Below are positions 1 to 10,517 of a stretch of DNA of 63,821 nucleotides, one piece after another. Origin of the DNA: Alphaproteobacteria bacterium (GTDB lineage: Bacteria > Pseudomonadota > Alphaproteobacteria > Micavibrionales > Micavibrionaceae); the NCBI GenBank assembly GCA_023700945.1, contig JAMPXY010000001.1, positions 1 to 63,821 on the forward strand, given 5' to 3'. The position numbers and the translations under genes were made by a program. A model generated the notes under the pieces. It had not been told where the DNA came from and made no database searches. It worked only from the letters and a program-made list of their open reading frames with translations. Position 1 is the first letter of the stretch, and every line of letters begins with the position of its first letter.

Positions 1-16
1 AACTTTCGTACTAACC

Positions 17-1330
17 CTAGTAGCGATACTGATCACTCTTAAACGGTCCGGCCTCATCCACACCGATGTAGGCGGCCTGTTCCTTGTTCAGCTTGGTCAA
101 TTTGACACCCAGCTTTTCAAGGTGCAGAGCAGCAACCTTCTCATCCAGATGTTTGGGCAGAACATAGACTTCGCCAGCCTTGTAGGCGGTGGTGTTGGTC
201 CAGAGCTCAATTTGTGCCAGCACCTGATTGGTGAAGGATGCCGACATGACAAAACTGGGGTGGCCGGTGGCACAGCCCAGATTGACCAGACGGCCTTCAG
301 CCAGCAGGATTATGCGTTTACCATCGGGAAATTCGATTTCATCGACCTGCGGCTTGACGTTGTGCCACTTGTAATTGCGCAGGGCTTCGACCTGAATTTC
401 AGAATCGAAGTGGCCGATATTGCAAACAATCGCCCGGTCTTTCATTTTACGCATATGTTCGATGGTGATGACATCGATATTGCCGGTGGTGGTCACAAAA
501 ATATCGGCATAAGGGGCGGCCTCATCCATGGTGATGACCTCATAGCCTTCCATCGCTGCCTGCAGGGCGCAAATCGGGTCAATCTCGGTCACAATCACGC
601 GGGCTCCTTGGCTGCGCAGCGATTCAGCCGAACCTTTACCGACATCGCCATAGCCGCACACGACCGCAATTTTGCCGGCCATCATCACATCGGTGGCGCG
701 GCGGATGCCGTCGACCAGTGATTCGCGGCAACCGTATTTGTTGTCGAATTTGGATTTGGTAACCGAATCATTGACATTGATCGCGGGCACTTTCAGTGTG
801 CCTTTTTTGGCCATCTCATGCAGGCGGTGAACGCCGGTGGTGGTTTCCTCCGAGAGACCTTTTACGTCTTTCATCAATTCCGGGTAGTCCTTGTGCATGA
901 TGCCGGTCAGGTCGCCGCCATCATCGAGGATCATATTGGCAGTCCAGCCATTCGGGCCCTTGATGGTGTCGTGAATGCATTGTTCGGCTTCTTCGTTGGT
1001 CTGGCCTTTCCAGGCAAAGACGGGGGTGCCGCGGGCGGCGACTGCGGCCGCTGCGTGATCCTGGGTCGAAAAGATATTGCAGGAAGACCAGCGCACTTCC
1101 GCGCCCAGTTCCTGCAAGGTTTCAATCAGCACGGCGGTCTGGATCGTCATGTGCAGGCAGCCTGCGATGCGGGCCCCCTTAAGAGGCTTTTTCGGCCCGA
1201 ATTCCTTACGGATCGCCATCAGGCCCGGCATTTCGGTTTCGGCAATCACGATTTCCTTACGGCCCCATTCGGCTAGGGAAATGTCTTTGACTTTGTAATC
1301 GTTTTGAATGGCTTTGGGCGCGGTGGACAT
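17..1330 (-). CDS. ahcY: adenosylhomocysteinase (S-adenosyl-L-homocysteine hydrolase)
   Basis: 437 aa ORF. It carries AhcY hallmarks along its full length: '[24 protein letters not shown]', the NAD-binding '[10 protein letters not shown]', and the C-terminal '[10 protein letters not shown]'. Confidence 0.95.
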   Translation of the reverse strand: MSTAPKAIQNDYKVKDISLAEWGRKEIVIAETEMPGLMAIRKEFGPKKPLKGARIAGCLHMTIQTAVLIETLQELGAEVRWSSCNIFSTQDHAAAAVAARGTPVFAWKGQTNEEAEQCIHDTIKGPNGWTANMILDDGGDLTGIMHKDYPELMKDVKGLSEETTTGVHRLHEMAKKGTLKVPAINVNDSVTKSKFDNKYGCRESLVDGIRRATDVMMAGKIAVVCGYGDVGKGSAESLRSQGARVIVTEIDPICALQAAMEGYEVITMDEAAPYADIFVTTTGNIDVITIEHMRKMKDRAIVCNIGHFDSEIQVEALRNYKWHNVKPQVDEIEFPDGKRIILLAEGRLVNLGCATGHPSFVMSASFTNQVLAQIELWTNTTAYKAGEVYVLPKHLDEKVAALHLEKLGVKLTKLNKEQAAYIGVDEAGPFKSDQYRY

Positions 1331-1446
1331 GGCTCGTGATCCTTAAAAAGTTAACCGATTTTACCTGATATTAAGAAAGCTGCGCCAGAATAGGGTTTCA
1401 TGCCAAAAAGGCAAGAAAAACTGCGCATTTGGGGGGTAATTAATCC

Positions 1447-1917
1447 ATGACCATGACGTACCGTGCCGCTAAGGACCCTATCACCAGCCAGCTGGCTTTG
1501 TTTGCCCGGCAGAAAGAGGGGCTGCCATTTAATGCCGGCCATGAAATTCCAGTCGCCATGTTTTCAAGTGCGGCCGCGGCCTTTCCGCTCGAAGCGCAGC
1601 GCTTGGCTGAGAATATTGCCGATCTCCTCAATCACCGCACACCGGCGCACAAGCTTTCTTCAGGCGACGAACATATTTTTTATACCCGCACGCCGGACAG
1701 TATCATTCTGAAAACCCACAAAAGTGGAGTTTCGGTGCCGGCTATGACTGTGAGCATCAGTCATAAAAACTCGGTGGCCGATATGGGCCAGTCATTGCTG
1801 GCGCGCATGGATCAGGATTTTATGAAACGGGTTTGCGATACGATCCTACCTGAGGGGGCGGCAGCACCCGAAGCGCAGCCACAAGAACCCGGGCGCAGCC
1901 CGCCTTTTAAAATCTAG
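1447..1917 (+). CDS. hypothetical protein (156 aa, no recognisable domain)
   Basis: The ORF fills the gap between ahcY and the antiporter gene. A G-rich stretch 'GGGGGG' lies about 10 nt upstream of the ATG. I recognise no family motif. Confidence 0.4.
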   Translation: MTMTYRAAKDPITSQLALFARQKEGLPFNAGHEIPVAMFSSAAAAFPLEAQRLAENIADLLNHRTPAHKLSSGDEHIFYTRTPDSIILKTHKSGVSVPAMTVSISHKNSVADMGQSLLARMDQDFMKRVCDTILPEGAAAPEAQPQEPGRSPPFKI

Positions 1918-1985
1918 GGGTCGTGATCTAAAGCTACTGATCATCGTCTTTACGCAGGCGAGATTTTTCATTACCGTGCCCCGCC

Positions 1986-2948
1986 ATGGATATAATTCTG
2001 ATTCTTTCTGGTTTGGTGGCGCTTTTCTTTGGTGGTGAATGGCTGGTCAGGGGCAGTGTTGGTGTAGCCAAACGTCTTGGAGTCTCGACCTTGCTGGTCA
2101 GTCTGGTTGTTGTGGGTTTTGGTACGTCAGCACCGGAATTGCTGGTTTGTATCAAGGCTGCCCTTAGTGGCGCACAAGATTTGGCGCTGGGTAATGTTAT
2201 CGGCAGCAATATCGCCAATATTCTTTTGATTTTAGGTTTAGCTGCGGTGATCCGGCCGATTAGTTGCGGTCAGGCTAGTATTCGCCGTGATGCAGTGGCT
2301 GTGTTGTGCGCCAGCCTGGTTTTGGCTTTCCTGTCCTTTTTTCATGAAATTTCCAGAATATCTGGAGCGCTAATGCTGGGCCTGCTGTTCGCGTATATGT
2401 ACGTGGCCTACAGGCAGGATAAAAAATCCTCTGTCGCCGAGAAGGCACAGGGGCAGGAATTACAGGAACATATTGAAGAGGAAGTTCATGTGGCAGGGGA
2501 TAGCACGACTAAATCAGTGCTGCTGGTTTTGCTCGGGCTGGGGTTGCTGGTTCTGGGGGCCGACTGGCTGGTTAATGGGGCCACCTCTATCGCCCGGGCT
2601 TTTGGTATTTCCGAGGCTGTCATCGGCTTGACTCTGGTGGCTTTGGGAACCTCCCTGCCAGAGCTGGCGACAGCGTTCATCGCATCTCTTAAGGGACATA
2701 GTGATGTTGTAATTGGCAACGTGCTAGGCAGTAATTTATTTAACATATTAGGAATTTTAGGGGTAACTGCTCTCATCGCACCGCTGGCGCTATCCGGCCG
2801 GATTGTTGAATTCGATCTGTGGCTGATGTTGGGTACGGCGGTGCTTTTATATCCGCTGATCCGCAGCGGGCACCGCATTACCCGGATAGAAGGCGGTTTC
2901 TGCCTGTTTTTATATGCGGGCTATATTGGCATGATGTTTATAACCTGA
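1986..2948 (+). CDS. Ca2+/Na+ antiporter, CaCA (YrbG-like) family
   Basis: 320 aa polytopic protein with two internal alpha-repeats: 'GTSAPEL...GNVIGSNIANILLILG' and 'GTSLPEL...GNVLGSNLFNILGILG'. Confidence 0.88.
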   Translation: MDIILILSGLVALFFGGEWLVRGSVGVAKRLGVSTLLVSLVVVGFGTSAPELLVCIKAALSGAQDLALGNVIGSNIANILLILGLAAVIRPISCGQASIRRDAVAVLCASLVLAFLSFFHEISRISGALMLGLLFAYMYVAYRQDKKSSVAEKAQGQELQEHIEEEVHVAGDSTTKSVLLVLLGLGLLVLGADWLVNGATSIARAFGISEAVIGLTLVALGTSLPELATAFIASLKGHSDVVIGNVLGSNLFNILGILGVTALIAPLALSGRIVEFDLWLMLGTAVLLYPLIRSGHRITRIEGGFCLFLYAGYIGMMFIT

Positions 2949-2956
2949 CGTACGCT

Positions 2957-3817
2957 CTAGCGATGGATATCGCGGTGCAGGGTGGTGACATTAAACCCTT
3001 GGTCATCCAGCCACGGTTTTAATGTTTCGACGGTAAAGACTGAGCGGTGCCGCCCGCCAGTACAGCCGATCGCAATGGTTAGATAACTTTTACCTTCTGC
3101 AGCATAACGTGGGAGTAAAGGCCCAATCAGGTTTTTGCTATTTGCCGTAAAGTTTGCAAAGTCAGAATCACTGGCTACGTAAGTACCAACGGCGCTATCT
3201 AGTCCGCTCAGGCTTTTTAACGTGGGCTCCCAGAATGGATTTTTCAGAAAACGTACGTCAAGCACAATGTCGGCCTCACGCGGCAGGCCAAAACGAAAGC
3301 CAAACGACATCAGACTGACTGTCAGGTGCCCCCTAACTCCTTGACCAAATAAGCCTTCGAGAATTTGGTGCTGTACGTGCACGGACATCTCAGTCGTATC
3401 GATGACATGATCGGCTTCGCTGCGTAAAGGAACCATCAGATCCTGCTCGGCTTTGATGCCAGCACTGACGGGGCGGTCTTTGGCCAGCGGGTGTCGCCGC
3501 CTTGTTTCTGTAAAGCGTTTATGTAGCTCGGTCTCATCGGCCGTCAAAAACAACAGTTTGGCTGATATGCGCTGACGTAGTGACAAAACAGCTTCGCCTG
3601 AAAAACCGCGGGAGCGTGCATCAATGCCGATTGCGATCGGCTGAGGCCCGCGGCCTTGATCAGCCAGCAGCGATTCTGCCAGCGTCAGAGGAAAATTATC
3701 AAAGGTTTCATAACCCATATCTTGCAGATGTTTCAGGGCGGAAGAGATGCCTGCACCAGAAAGGCCTGTGACAATCAGCACAGGGGACGGCAAGTTGGAC
3801 GCGATTGTATGTGTCAT
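2957..3817 (-). CDS. rapZ: RNase adapter / nucleotide-binding protein RapZ (YhbJ family)
   Basis: 286 aa. The N-terminal P-loop region 'VTGLSGAGISSALKHLQDMGYETFDNFP' and the C-terminal 'GCTGGRHRSV' motif are typical of RapZ. The Walker A Lys is replaced by Ile (see findings). Confidence 0.88.
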   Translation of the reverse strand: MTHTIASNLPSPVLIVTGLSGAGISSALKHLQDMGYETFDNFPLTLAESLLADQGRGPQPIAIGIDARSRGFSGEAVLSLRQRISAKLLFLTADETELHKRFTETRRRHPLAKDRPVSAGIKAEQDLMVPLRSEADHVIDTTEMSVHVQHQILEGLFGQGVRGHLTVSLMSFGFRFGLPREADIVLDVRFLKNPFWEPTLKSLSGLDSAVGTYVASDSDFANFTANSKNLIGPLLPRYAAEGKSYLTIAIGCTGGRHRSVFTVETLKPWLDDQGFNVTTLHRDIHR

Positions 3818-3829
3818 GTATGTGTCCTT

Positions 3830-5620
3830 TTAGGCGCGTTCCAGCAATACGGTAAAGCGCGCTCCCGTGATCGTATCGCCGTTATTTTGTAAATTTTCTG
3901 CCCATATTTTTCCGCTATGGGCGCTGACAATTTGGTGGGCGATAGACAATCCTAGCCCTGAATGGCGGCCATAGGCCTCATGCTTGGGCCGCTCACTGTA
4001 AAAGCGCTCGAAAATAGACTTCAGCTTATTCTCTGGTATCCCCGGCCCCTGATCGTCAACAGTAATCCGTACGTTTGATTTTTCTACACTAATAGTAATC
4101 GTCACCAGCCCTTTTTCCGGTGAGAAGGACAGGGCGTTTGAAATGAGATTCTCAAAAACCTGTGCCAGCCGGGTCTCGTTCCCGCGCACAAAAATGGGGG
4201 GTGTGGCTTGGGTTATGACGCGGATCTGGGGGCTGTCATCGGCGCTGCGCCCGGTAAAATTATCACGCAAGCCGCTGCGTTCCATCGGATTTTTGTGCGC
4301 ATCGGCCAATTTGTGCAGCAGCAAATAGATATCGAGACTAACCATTTCGTCCCGGGACAGTTCAGCATCCAGTCGGGAGGCATTGGAAATATCGGTGATC
4401 AAACGGTCAAGACGCTGGACATCATGCTGAATGATTTCCATAAGTTTATCTTTGTCTTTTTGGTTTTTGACGATGGCGGCAGTCTCGACTGCGCTGCGCA
4501 AAGAAGTGAGCGGATTTTTGATTTCGTGGGAGACGTCTGCAGCAAAGCTTTCGATCGTATCCATGCGGTCCCATAGAGCGTGGGTCATGGCGCGCAGCGC
4601 CAGCGACAGCTCGCCAATCTCGTCATGGCGATGGCTCAGATCCGGAATTTCAATTTGCCGGTTTTGACCATGGCGGATTTGCTCGGCGGCGCGGGCAAGT
4701 TTTTTTAGAGGCCGTCCGATTAGCCCGGCCAGATAGAGCGATAGAAAAATCGTTACGCTGAGTGAACCCATAAAAATGGTCAAAATCTCAAAACGTATCT
4801 GGTTCATGGCCTGCTCTATGGCCTTGCCCTCGCGGGTCAGCACGATCACCCCCATGACCTGACGGATTTTTTGCACCGGTGCGGCGGCGGATAAAATGAT
4901 TTTGCCATTGGGGCCGCGAAAGGCCGAACCGCTGACATGGCCTTCGAGGGCGTAGGGCGCATCGGGGTAGTCAAGCGCACGTTTTGATTCAATCAAGGGG
5001 TAGGGCTCAAGATTATCACTGTGTGGCAGGATCACGCTCAGGAATTTGGCGGTTTCCAGCAGCACGGTTTGCATCCTCCGCGTTGGTGCGGGGGGGCCCA
5101 TGGGCTCTTTGTGGCGCATGGCGCTGCGCGCCAGCAGTTCCTCGGAATCGCCGATCATTTTGCCGTCAATATTAAACAGCAAGGTACGACTGTCGGTGGT
5201 TTCACCCAGACGCCTGACCATCCGCCGTGCCAACTCCGGCACCAATGTTTCAATTTCAACCGGTTTGGCAAACAAAAACGGCCGGCCCTGATCTACGGGC
5301 TTAACCGCGCCTTCGGCAATCGCCCCGGCAAAGACTTGCGCTTCGGCTTTGACCGTTTCCAGTTCGGCCCGTATCAGATTATCCTGATACTGGCCCATAT
5401 AAAGGATGCCCAGCAGCAAAACAAAGGGCGCTACCAGATTAACGGCGAGAATCCGTAAGGTTAGACGGCTGGAGCGGCGGGCCGAACGAGGCTGACGCTC
5501 CTTTATCCGTGGCGGGTTCTTGTGCAGAATGCTGCGGACAGGACTCTGTTGCTCCGTGGCCTTGGTCGTGGCCGGGGGAACAGGCGGGATCTCACTCTTC
5601 TTTGTATTTGTATCCGACAC
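3830..5620 (-). CDS. chvG: sensor histidine kinase, ChvG/ExoS-like
   Basis: 596 aa with two TM segments around a periplasmic domain, a HAMP domain, and the H-box '[16 protein letters not shown]'. The HATPase region carries 'DDQGPGIP' and 'GLGLSIA'. It lies directly downstream of chvI and overlaps it by 29 nt. Confidence 0.85.
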   Translation of the reverse strand: MSDTNTKKSEIPPVPPATTKATEQQSPVRSILHKNPPRIKERQPRSARRSSRLTLRILAVNLVAPFVLLLGILYMGQYQDNLIRAELETVKAEAQVFAGAIAEGAVKPVDQGRPFLFAKPVEIETLVPELARRMVRRLGETTDSRTLLFNIDGKMIGDSEELLARSAMRHKEPMGPPAPTRRMQTVLLETAKFLSVILPHSDNLEPYPLIESKRALDYPDAPYALEGHVSGSAFRGPNGKIILSAAAPVQKIRQVMGVIVLTREGKAIEQAMNQIRFEILTIFMGSLSVTIFLSLYLAGLIGRPLKKLARAAEQIRHGQNRQIEIPDLSHRHDEIGELSLALRAMTHALWDRMDTIESFAADVSHEIKNPLTSLRSAVETAAIVKNQKDKDKLMEIIQHDVQRLDRLITDISNASRLDAELSRDEMVSLDIYLLLHKLADAHKNPMERSGLRDNFTGRSADDSPQIRVITQATPPIFVRGNETRLAQVFENLISNALSFSPEKGLVTITISVEKSNVRITVDDQGPGIPENKLKSIFERFYSERPKHEAYGRHSGLGLSIAHQIVSAHSGKIWAENLQNNGDTITGARFTVLLERA

Positions 5621-6353
5621 CGTACAGGGTTTCTATCTGTGAGAATTCGTTATCAATGGCCCGGAATTTTTTTCGTATCCGCTTGATGTGCGAATCGATG
5701 GTCCGGTCATCGACATAGATATTCTCACCATAGGCCATGTCAATCAACTGGTCACGGTTCTTGACGTGGCCGGGCCGAATGGCCAGGGCCTTCAGTAACA
5801 GATATTCGGTCACGGTCAGGTCGACCTCGCGCCCTTTCCAGGTGCAAACATGGCGGGCATCATCCAGAATCAGATTGCCACGGGTAGTCATGCTGGCTTC
5901 TTCGGTTTTATTGCTGTTGGCCACCTGATTGCGCAAAGCTTCGCGGCGCAGCAGGGCGCGGATACGTTCAATTAGCAGGCGTTGCGAGAAGGGTTTGGTG
6001 ATGTAGTCGTCGGCTCCCATGCGCAGGCCGATCACTTCGTCGACCTCGTCATCTTTTGAGGTCAGGAAAATCACCGGCAGGGCCGATTTCTCACGCAGCT
6101 TGGAGAGAACCTCCATCCCATCCATCCGTGGCATCTTAATATCGAGCACCACCAGATCGGGGGTGCTCGTGGTGATACCCTTCAGGCCTTCCTCGCCATC
6201 GGTATAGGTGCGTACGACAAAGCCTTCGGCTTCGAGCGCCATCGCCACGGAGGTCAGGATATTACGGTCATCATCGACCAGAACGATTGTCTGCTGCACG
6301 TTTGCACTCGCATTTGTTGAGGCGGTATGTGTCTGTATAGCGGTAATAGTCAT
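5592..6353 (-). CDS. chvI: OmpR-family response regulator ChvI
   Basis: 253 aa. '[31 protein letters not shown]' and '[49 protein letters not shown]' closely match the ChvI sequence of rhizobia as I remember it. The C-terminus is a winged helix. Confidence 0.9.
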   Translation of the reverse strand: MTITAIQTHTASTNASANVQQTIVLVDDDRNILTSVAMALEAEGFVVRTYTDGEEGLKGITTSTPDLVVLDIKMPRMDGMEVLSKLREKSALPVIFLTSKDDEVDEVIGLRMGADDYITKPFSQRLLIERIRALLRREALRNQVANSNKTEEASMTTRGNLILDDARHVCTWKGREVDLTVTEYLLLKALAIRPGHVKNRDQLIDMAYGENIYVDDRTIDSHIKRIRKKFRAIDNEFSQIETLYGVGYKYKEE

Positions 6354-6461
6354 GATTGAAAACCCTCCCGGGAAAAGACTGTGCCAGCCTTCCCTTTATA
6401 GCCCGGCAGAATGGCCGCAATAGGGCCGCAATGAGGCATTTTGGCCCTAAAAATAGATGCC

Positions 6462-7886
6462 TCAGGGCTGGATCACAAACGTCTTTTGGCCATTAACCAT
6501 TTTAAAGGTGGCCTTGGGCGCTTCGACGTTCTCCCAGGCAGGGGCGCTGCCACCGAAATGCCCGGCGGCCTTGACAGCAATGGTGGCAATCCGGTTGGCG
6601 GTAAAGCGGCAGGCTTCGTATTTGGCCGCTTCCTGTGGCAAGTTACGAGCAATCTCCACGGCCCGGGCGGCAACGCGGCTCGTGACATCTTCCATCAATT
6701 CGTGGGCGCGGTCTTCGCTCAGGCCAATGGTCTTGCCAAAGGCGATCAGGGTCTTGGCTTTGATCCCCGAGGTTTTGCCTTGCACGCTTAACGTTTGCTT
6801 CTGTTCACTGTCATATTGCCATATTTCAGAGGTGACGTCATATGTCGGCGATAGACGTACGTTTACATATTGTTCTTTTTGGGGATTATATTCAAACAGC
6901 ATGGCGATATTTTTGCGATGCATGTCACCGTCATTAATCGCGACTGACAAAACTGTACGTCGGTATAAATCCTCGAGATCCGCTTGCGGATTCGTGGAAT
7001 GCTGGCGCAGTACCTTGGCGACTTGCTCCATCGATCCTCGCCCGCGCTCATCGGGTGACAATTCCGCCAGAGTACAAAAATCTTGAATCAGGAACCAGTT
7101 ATGGTCTTCGCTGCGGGCGTTGTGTGGAATGTCAAAGCGTTCGACCAGCACGGCAGGGGGTTTATCCTTCCCTAAGGAGAGCAGGGCGTGTTTGGCTGTC
7201 CTCAGGCCTGCGGCTTGCGAGAGCTCAAGGCACATCCATTCGTTAAAGCCCCAGCCTTCCTTACCACTGTCGGTCGGAAATTTAATGATATGGGTAAAAG
7301 GGGTAGTGATGGCAGGTTGCAGCACACCGAATTCATGCAAGGTCGCAGGCAACTTGACCTCGGCGCCGGAAAAACGCGGGACATAGCGATTGCGCCAGTA
7401 TTCCTTCAAATTTTCCTGCAGATCTTCACCGTTATCGTTGGGGAACGGGCCGGTATAGGCTCCAATGAAGGTCCCGTCAGCAATATACCGGTCAAAGTCG
7501 GTTTGCAGGCGGTCTTTCATCACGGGCAGGTCGAAGGGGGCGTTGCGGGAAATCACCAGATTGCACAGGTAGCGTAAGCCTCCTGCGATATAGGTAATTT
7601 GCTCGTCTTGCTCCAGCAACTCAAACAGCTTGTTGTCGGGGTGCATATTGACAAGGAAGTAAGGCATCCCGTCCTCGGGACGTTGGGTAAATAGTTTTTC
7701 ATATTTAGGGCTGCTGTAGCCCTCCCAGCGTAACTCATCCCCTTGCGCGGCAAAAGACCCGATCCGGTCGCCATGCCAGCACAGGTTAAAATGGTAGACA
7801 TGGGGCGCCCCTTCGGCTTCGGCGGGTTTGTTATAGGCCGGGCCAGCTTCGAAATGATCGCGCAGTTTACTCGGGTTACGGGGCAT
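6462..7886 (-). CDS. HipA-like serine/threonine kinase (toxin family), with no HipB partner
   Basis: 474 aa. The N-terminal couple_hipA-like region has 'YHFNLCWHGDRIGSF' and 'MPYFLVNMHPDN'. There is a P-loop-like 'FSGAEVKLPA', the catalytic loop 'NDGDMHRKNIAML', and 'LSPTYDVTS'. Confidence 0.8.
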   Translation of the reverse strand: MPRNPSKLRDHFEAGPAYNKPAEAEGAPHVYHFNLCWHGDRIGSFAAQGDELRWEGYSSPKYEKLFTQRPEDGMPYFLVNMHPDNKLFELLEQDEQITYIAGGLRYLCNLVISRNAPFDLPVMKDRLQTDFDRYIADGTFIGAYTGPFPNDNGEDLQENLKEYWRNRYVPRFSGAEVKLPATLHEFGVLQPAITTPFTHIIKFPTDSGKEGWGFNEWMCLELSQAAGLRTAKHALLSLGKDKPPAVLVERFDIPHNARSEDHNWFLIQDFCTLAELSPDERGRGSMEQVAKVLRQHSTNPQADLEDLYRRTVLSVAINDGDMHRKNIAMLFEYNPQKEQYVNVRLSPTYDVTSEIWQYDSEQKQTLSVQGKTSGIKAKTLIAFGKTIGLSEDRAHELMEDVTSRVAARAVEIARNLPQEAAKYEACRFTANRIATIAVKAAGHFGGSAPAWENVEAPKATFKMVNGQKTFVIQP

Positions 7887-8028
7887 TGATTATCCTGTAA
7901 TATTACGGAAAAAAGCTTATATAGTATCCGGGTGACCAAAGCAATTTCCAAAATTCTACTGCCTTGTGATTAATAAATAGCCAATATCCGCTTGGCGTAA
8001 CCTCGCTCTAAAGGAGAGGGTGGCCTGA

Positions 8029-9375
8029 TCAGGATATCGCCAGTACATGAGCTACGAGAAACAGGGAGCCGGTAATGAGGATACGGCTATCGCCGTTATC
8101 AGGCCCCAGCGCCCGCAGGGCATCCTCCAGCGTGGCGTGGCGGGTTACCGGCAGGTCGGATCGTCGGGCCAAGGCCAGTGCGGTCAAGGCTTCCGGATCA
8201 TGGCTTTGATCCGGCAGGCCGGGCAGGGCCAGCAGCGAGAGGCTTGCCAGATGCGGGAGCAGATGACCTAAAAACTGATCCGCCTTTTTGTCCTGCTTCA
8301 TGGCCATGATCAGGTGCAGCGGGCGCGGGTCATGGGCGTGCCATAGCTGCGCCTGCCGGGCCAGCACTTCGCCGGCGCTGTCATTATGCCCGCCATCCAG
8401 CCATAATTCGGCGTTTGCCGGAATCAAGGTGCGGAGCGGGTGGTGGTCGAGCCGTTGCAACCGCCCGGCCCAGTTGACCCGGGTCAGGCCTTCTGCGCGC
8501 GATTCGTCATGAATCGAAAATGAATCAATCACATGGGTGCAGGCCAGCGCGGCCCCGGCATTTTCCAGCTGGTGCGCTCCGACCAGCTGTGGCACCCGGT
8601 ATGTTTTTTGTAACGATCCGTACCGGAATTGGAAATGACTCGGATTTGACTCGGTCTGGCTGACGCTCCACTCTTGTCCGGCGCGGTGCAAAGGCGTATC
8701 AATCTGACCCGCTATCGATTCAAAAGGGAGCGTTTCCGAGTCATGACTCGGTGTTGCATCCTGAAACCCGTGCTGATACCCGATGATACAGGGTCGACCC
8801 GGTTTCATGATTCCAGCCTTTTCCCCGGCGATCTCGGACAGGGTTGACCCGAGATACTGACAATGGTCATAGGAAATCCGGGTGATAAGGGTGGCGAGTG
8901 GCCGTTCGATAATATTGGTGCAGTCGAGCCGCCCCCCCATGCCCGTTTCAATCAGGCACAGATCGGCGGTGTTGCGGCTGAAGGCGAGGAAGGCCAGGGT
9001 TGTCGCTATCTCAAAAAAAGTAATCTGCAAGTCGCAGGCGCGGGTCATGACTTCATCAAGGAGGGTTTCGAGCAGAGCATCGCTAATATCTTGACCTGAA
9101 ATGGTAATTCGTTCGTTAAACCGGACCAGATGGGGTGAGGTGTAGGTGTGAACCTTGTACCCGGCCGCTTCATACATGGCGCGCAGGAAAGCCACGGTAG
9201 ATCCCTTGCCATTGGTGCCTGCGACATGAATAACAGGAGGAATCTGGTGCTGGGGATTGCCCAGACGGGTGAGCAGAGTGCGGTAATCGGAGCGATCCGC
9301 AAGGGAACTGCGCGGGGCATGCAGGCGTAGCGCGTAAATATGGGCAAGCTTGGCCGAGAGGGAATCTTGCATCAC
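8029..9375 (-). CDS. folC: bifunctional folylpolyglutamate synthase / dihydrofolate synthase
   Basis: 448 aa with the Mur-ligase P-loop 'HVAGTNGKGST' and 'TSPHLVRFNERI'. It follows accD, as in many alphaproteobacteria. Confidence 0.9.
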   Translation of the reverse strand: MMQDSLSAKLAHIYALRLHAPRSSLADRSDYRTLLTRLGNPQHQIPPVIHVAGTNGKGSTVAFLRAMYEAAGYKVHTYTSPHLVRFNERITISGQDISDALLETLLDEVMTRACDLQITFFEIATTLAFLAFSRNTADLCLIETGMGGRLDCTNIIERPLATLITRISYDHCQYLGSTLSEIAGEKAGIMKPGRPCIIGYQHGFQDATPSHDSETLPFESIAGQIDTPLHRAGQEWSVSQTESNPSHFQFRYGSLQKTYRVPQLVGAHQLENAGAALACTHVIDSFSIHDESRAEGLTRVNWAGRLQRLDHHPLRTLIPANAELWLDGGHNDSAGEVLARQAQLWHAHDPRPLHLIMAMKQDKKADQFLGHLLPHLASLSLLALPGLPDQSHDPEALTALALARRSDLPVTRHATLEDALRALGPDNGDSRILITGSLFLVAHVLAIS

Positions 9376-9404
9376 ACAACCTCCGCTACTTCGCCCTCAG
9401 CAGG

Positions 9405-10424
9405 TCAGGCAGCTTTTTTCTTACGACTGGCTTTGTTGGCATTCGCGGGCTTTTTCCCGGTTTTGGGCCGGGTGATTTTGGCCTTGATGCCGCTGCCGCC
9501 TTTGCCATTCAGGCGTCCGCCTCTGCTCCCGCCACTGTCATTGTCGCTGCCGCCCAGACGCTGACGCGGGTCACGCATCTTACGCATGGAGAGATCAAGC
9601 AGGCGTATGAGGGTGGCCCGCAGGTCCTTGCGGGGTACGACCAGATCGACCATGCCATGGGCCTGCAGATATTCGGCTGTCTGGAAATTGGGAGGCAGTT
9701 CTTCGCGGATGGTTTCCTGAATCACACGTTTGCCGGCAAAGCCGATCATGCAACCGGGTTCGGCGATATGGATGTCACCAACCATGGCAAATGAGGCCGA
9801 TACTCCACCGGTGGTGGGGTCGGTCAATAGCACTAGATAGGGCAGGCCTGCTTCCTTGACCATATTCGCGGCAATAATCGTACGCGGCATCTGCATCAGC
9901 GAAACAGTGCCTTCTTGCATCCGGGCTCCGCCCGACGCGGGAATGGCGATCAGGGCGGCCCCGGTTTTCACGGCGTGTTCAGCCGCCACCACCAGACCTT
10001 CGCCTACGGCGGCACCCATGGAACCGCCCATAAAATCAAAATCAAACGCGGCAATCACGACCGGCAGGCCGTCCATTGTGCCTTTGGCAACCAGAATCGC
10101 ATCCTCACGACCGGTTTTGGTTCGGGTTTCCTTGAGACGGTCAGCGTAACGCTTGCGATCTTTGAATTTCAGTGGATCATAGGGCACGCGCGGGACGGTG
10201 ATTTCTTTCCAGCTGCCCTCGTCAAACAGGCTTTGCAGACGTTGTTTGACCGGTACTTTCATGTGGTGGCCGCAGTGGTAGCAGACATTCATCGCCTCCG
10301 CGAGGTCGCGATGGAAGAGCATACCCTCGCACGAGGGGCATTTCTGCCACAGATGATCGGGGATGTCTTTGGCCTCGACGATGGAACGGATTTTCGGACG
10401 AATAAAATTGGTCAGCCAGTTCAT
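9405..10424 (-). CDS. accD: acetyl-CoA carboxylase carboxyltransferase beta subunit
   Basis: 339 aa with the N-terminal Zn ribbon 'CPSC...CYHCGHH' and the carboxyltransferase core 'FDFDFMGGSMGAAVGE'. The last ~55 aa are a Gly/Lys-rich extension. Confidence 0.95.
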   Translation of the reverse strand: MNWLTNFIRPKIRSIVEAKDIPDHLWQKCPSCEGMLFHRDLAEAMNVCYHCGHHMKVPVKQRLQSLFDEGSWKEITVPRVPYDPLKFKDRKRYADRLKETRTKTGREDAILVAKGTMDGLPVVIAAFDFDFMGGSMGAAVGEGLVVAAEHAVKTGAALIAIPASGGARMQEGTVSLMQMPRTIIAANMVKEAGLPYLVLLTDPTTGGVSASFAMVGDIHIAEPGCMIGFAGKRVIQETIREELPPNFQTAEYLQAHGMVDLVVPRKDLRATLIRLLDLSMRKMRDPRQRLGGSDNDSGGSRGGRLNGKGGSGIKAKITRPKTGKKPANANKASRKKKAA

Positions 10425-10517
10425 GAATACGCCAAACCTTGGAGCTGTTTAAAGAGAGGAGATTTATCTCGCAAAGCAGTATCAACTGTCAAGCAGAAAT
10501 AATATTATGACAATAGG

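Noticed and set aside
1331-1446. A possible SAH riboswitch upstream of ahcY.
   Set aside because: The leader is AT-rich and lacks the GC-rich pseudoknot-forming elements of the SAH riboswitch.
6413-6463. A direct repeat GGCCGCAAT x2 (6413-6421, 6424-6432) and a hairpin GAGGCAT/ATGCCTC (6433-6463) between chvI and the hipA-like stop.
   Set aside because: The motifs are short with no T-run and no known binding consensus. They could be a weak terminator or an operator, but this is not supportable.
7553-7951. A 132 aa ORF overlapping the hipA-like 5' end, considered as a possible HipB antitoxin.
   Set aside because: It has no helix-turn-helix pattern, it overlaps the kinase N-terminus in another frame, and its composition is Cys/Thr/Pro-rich noise.
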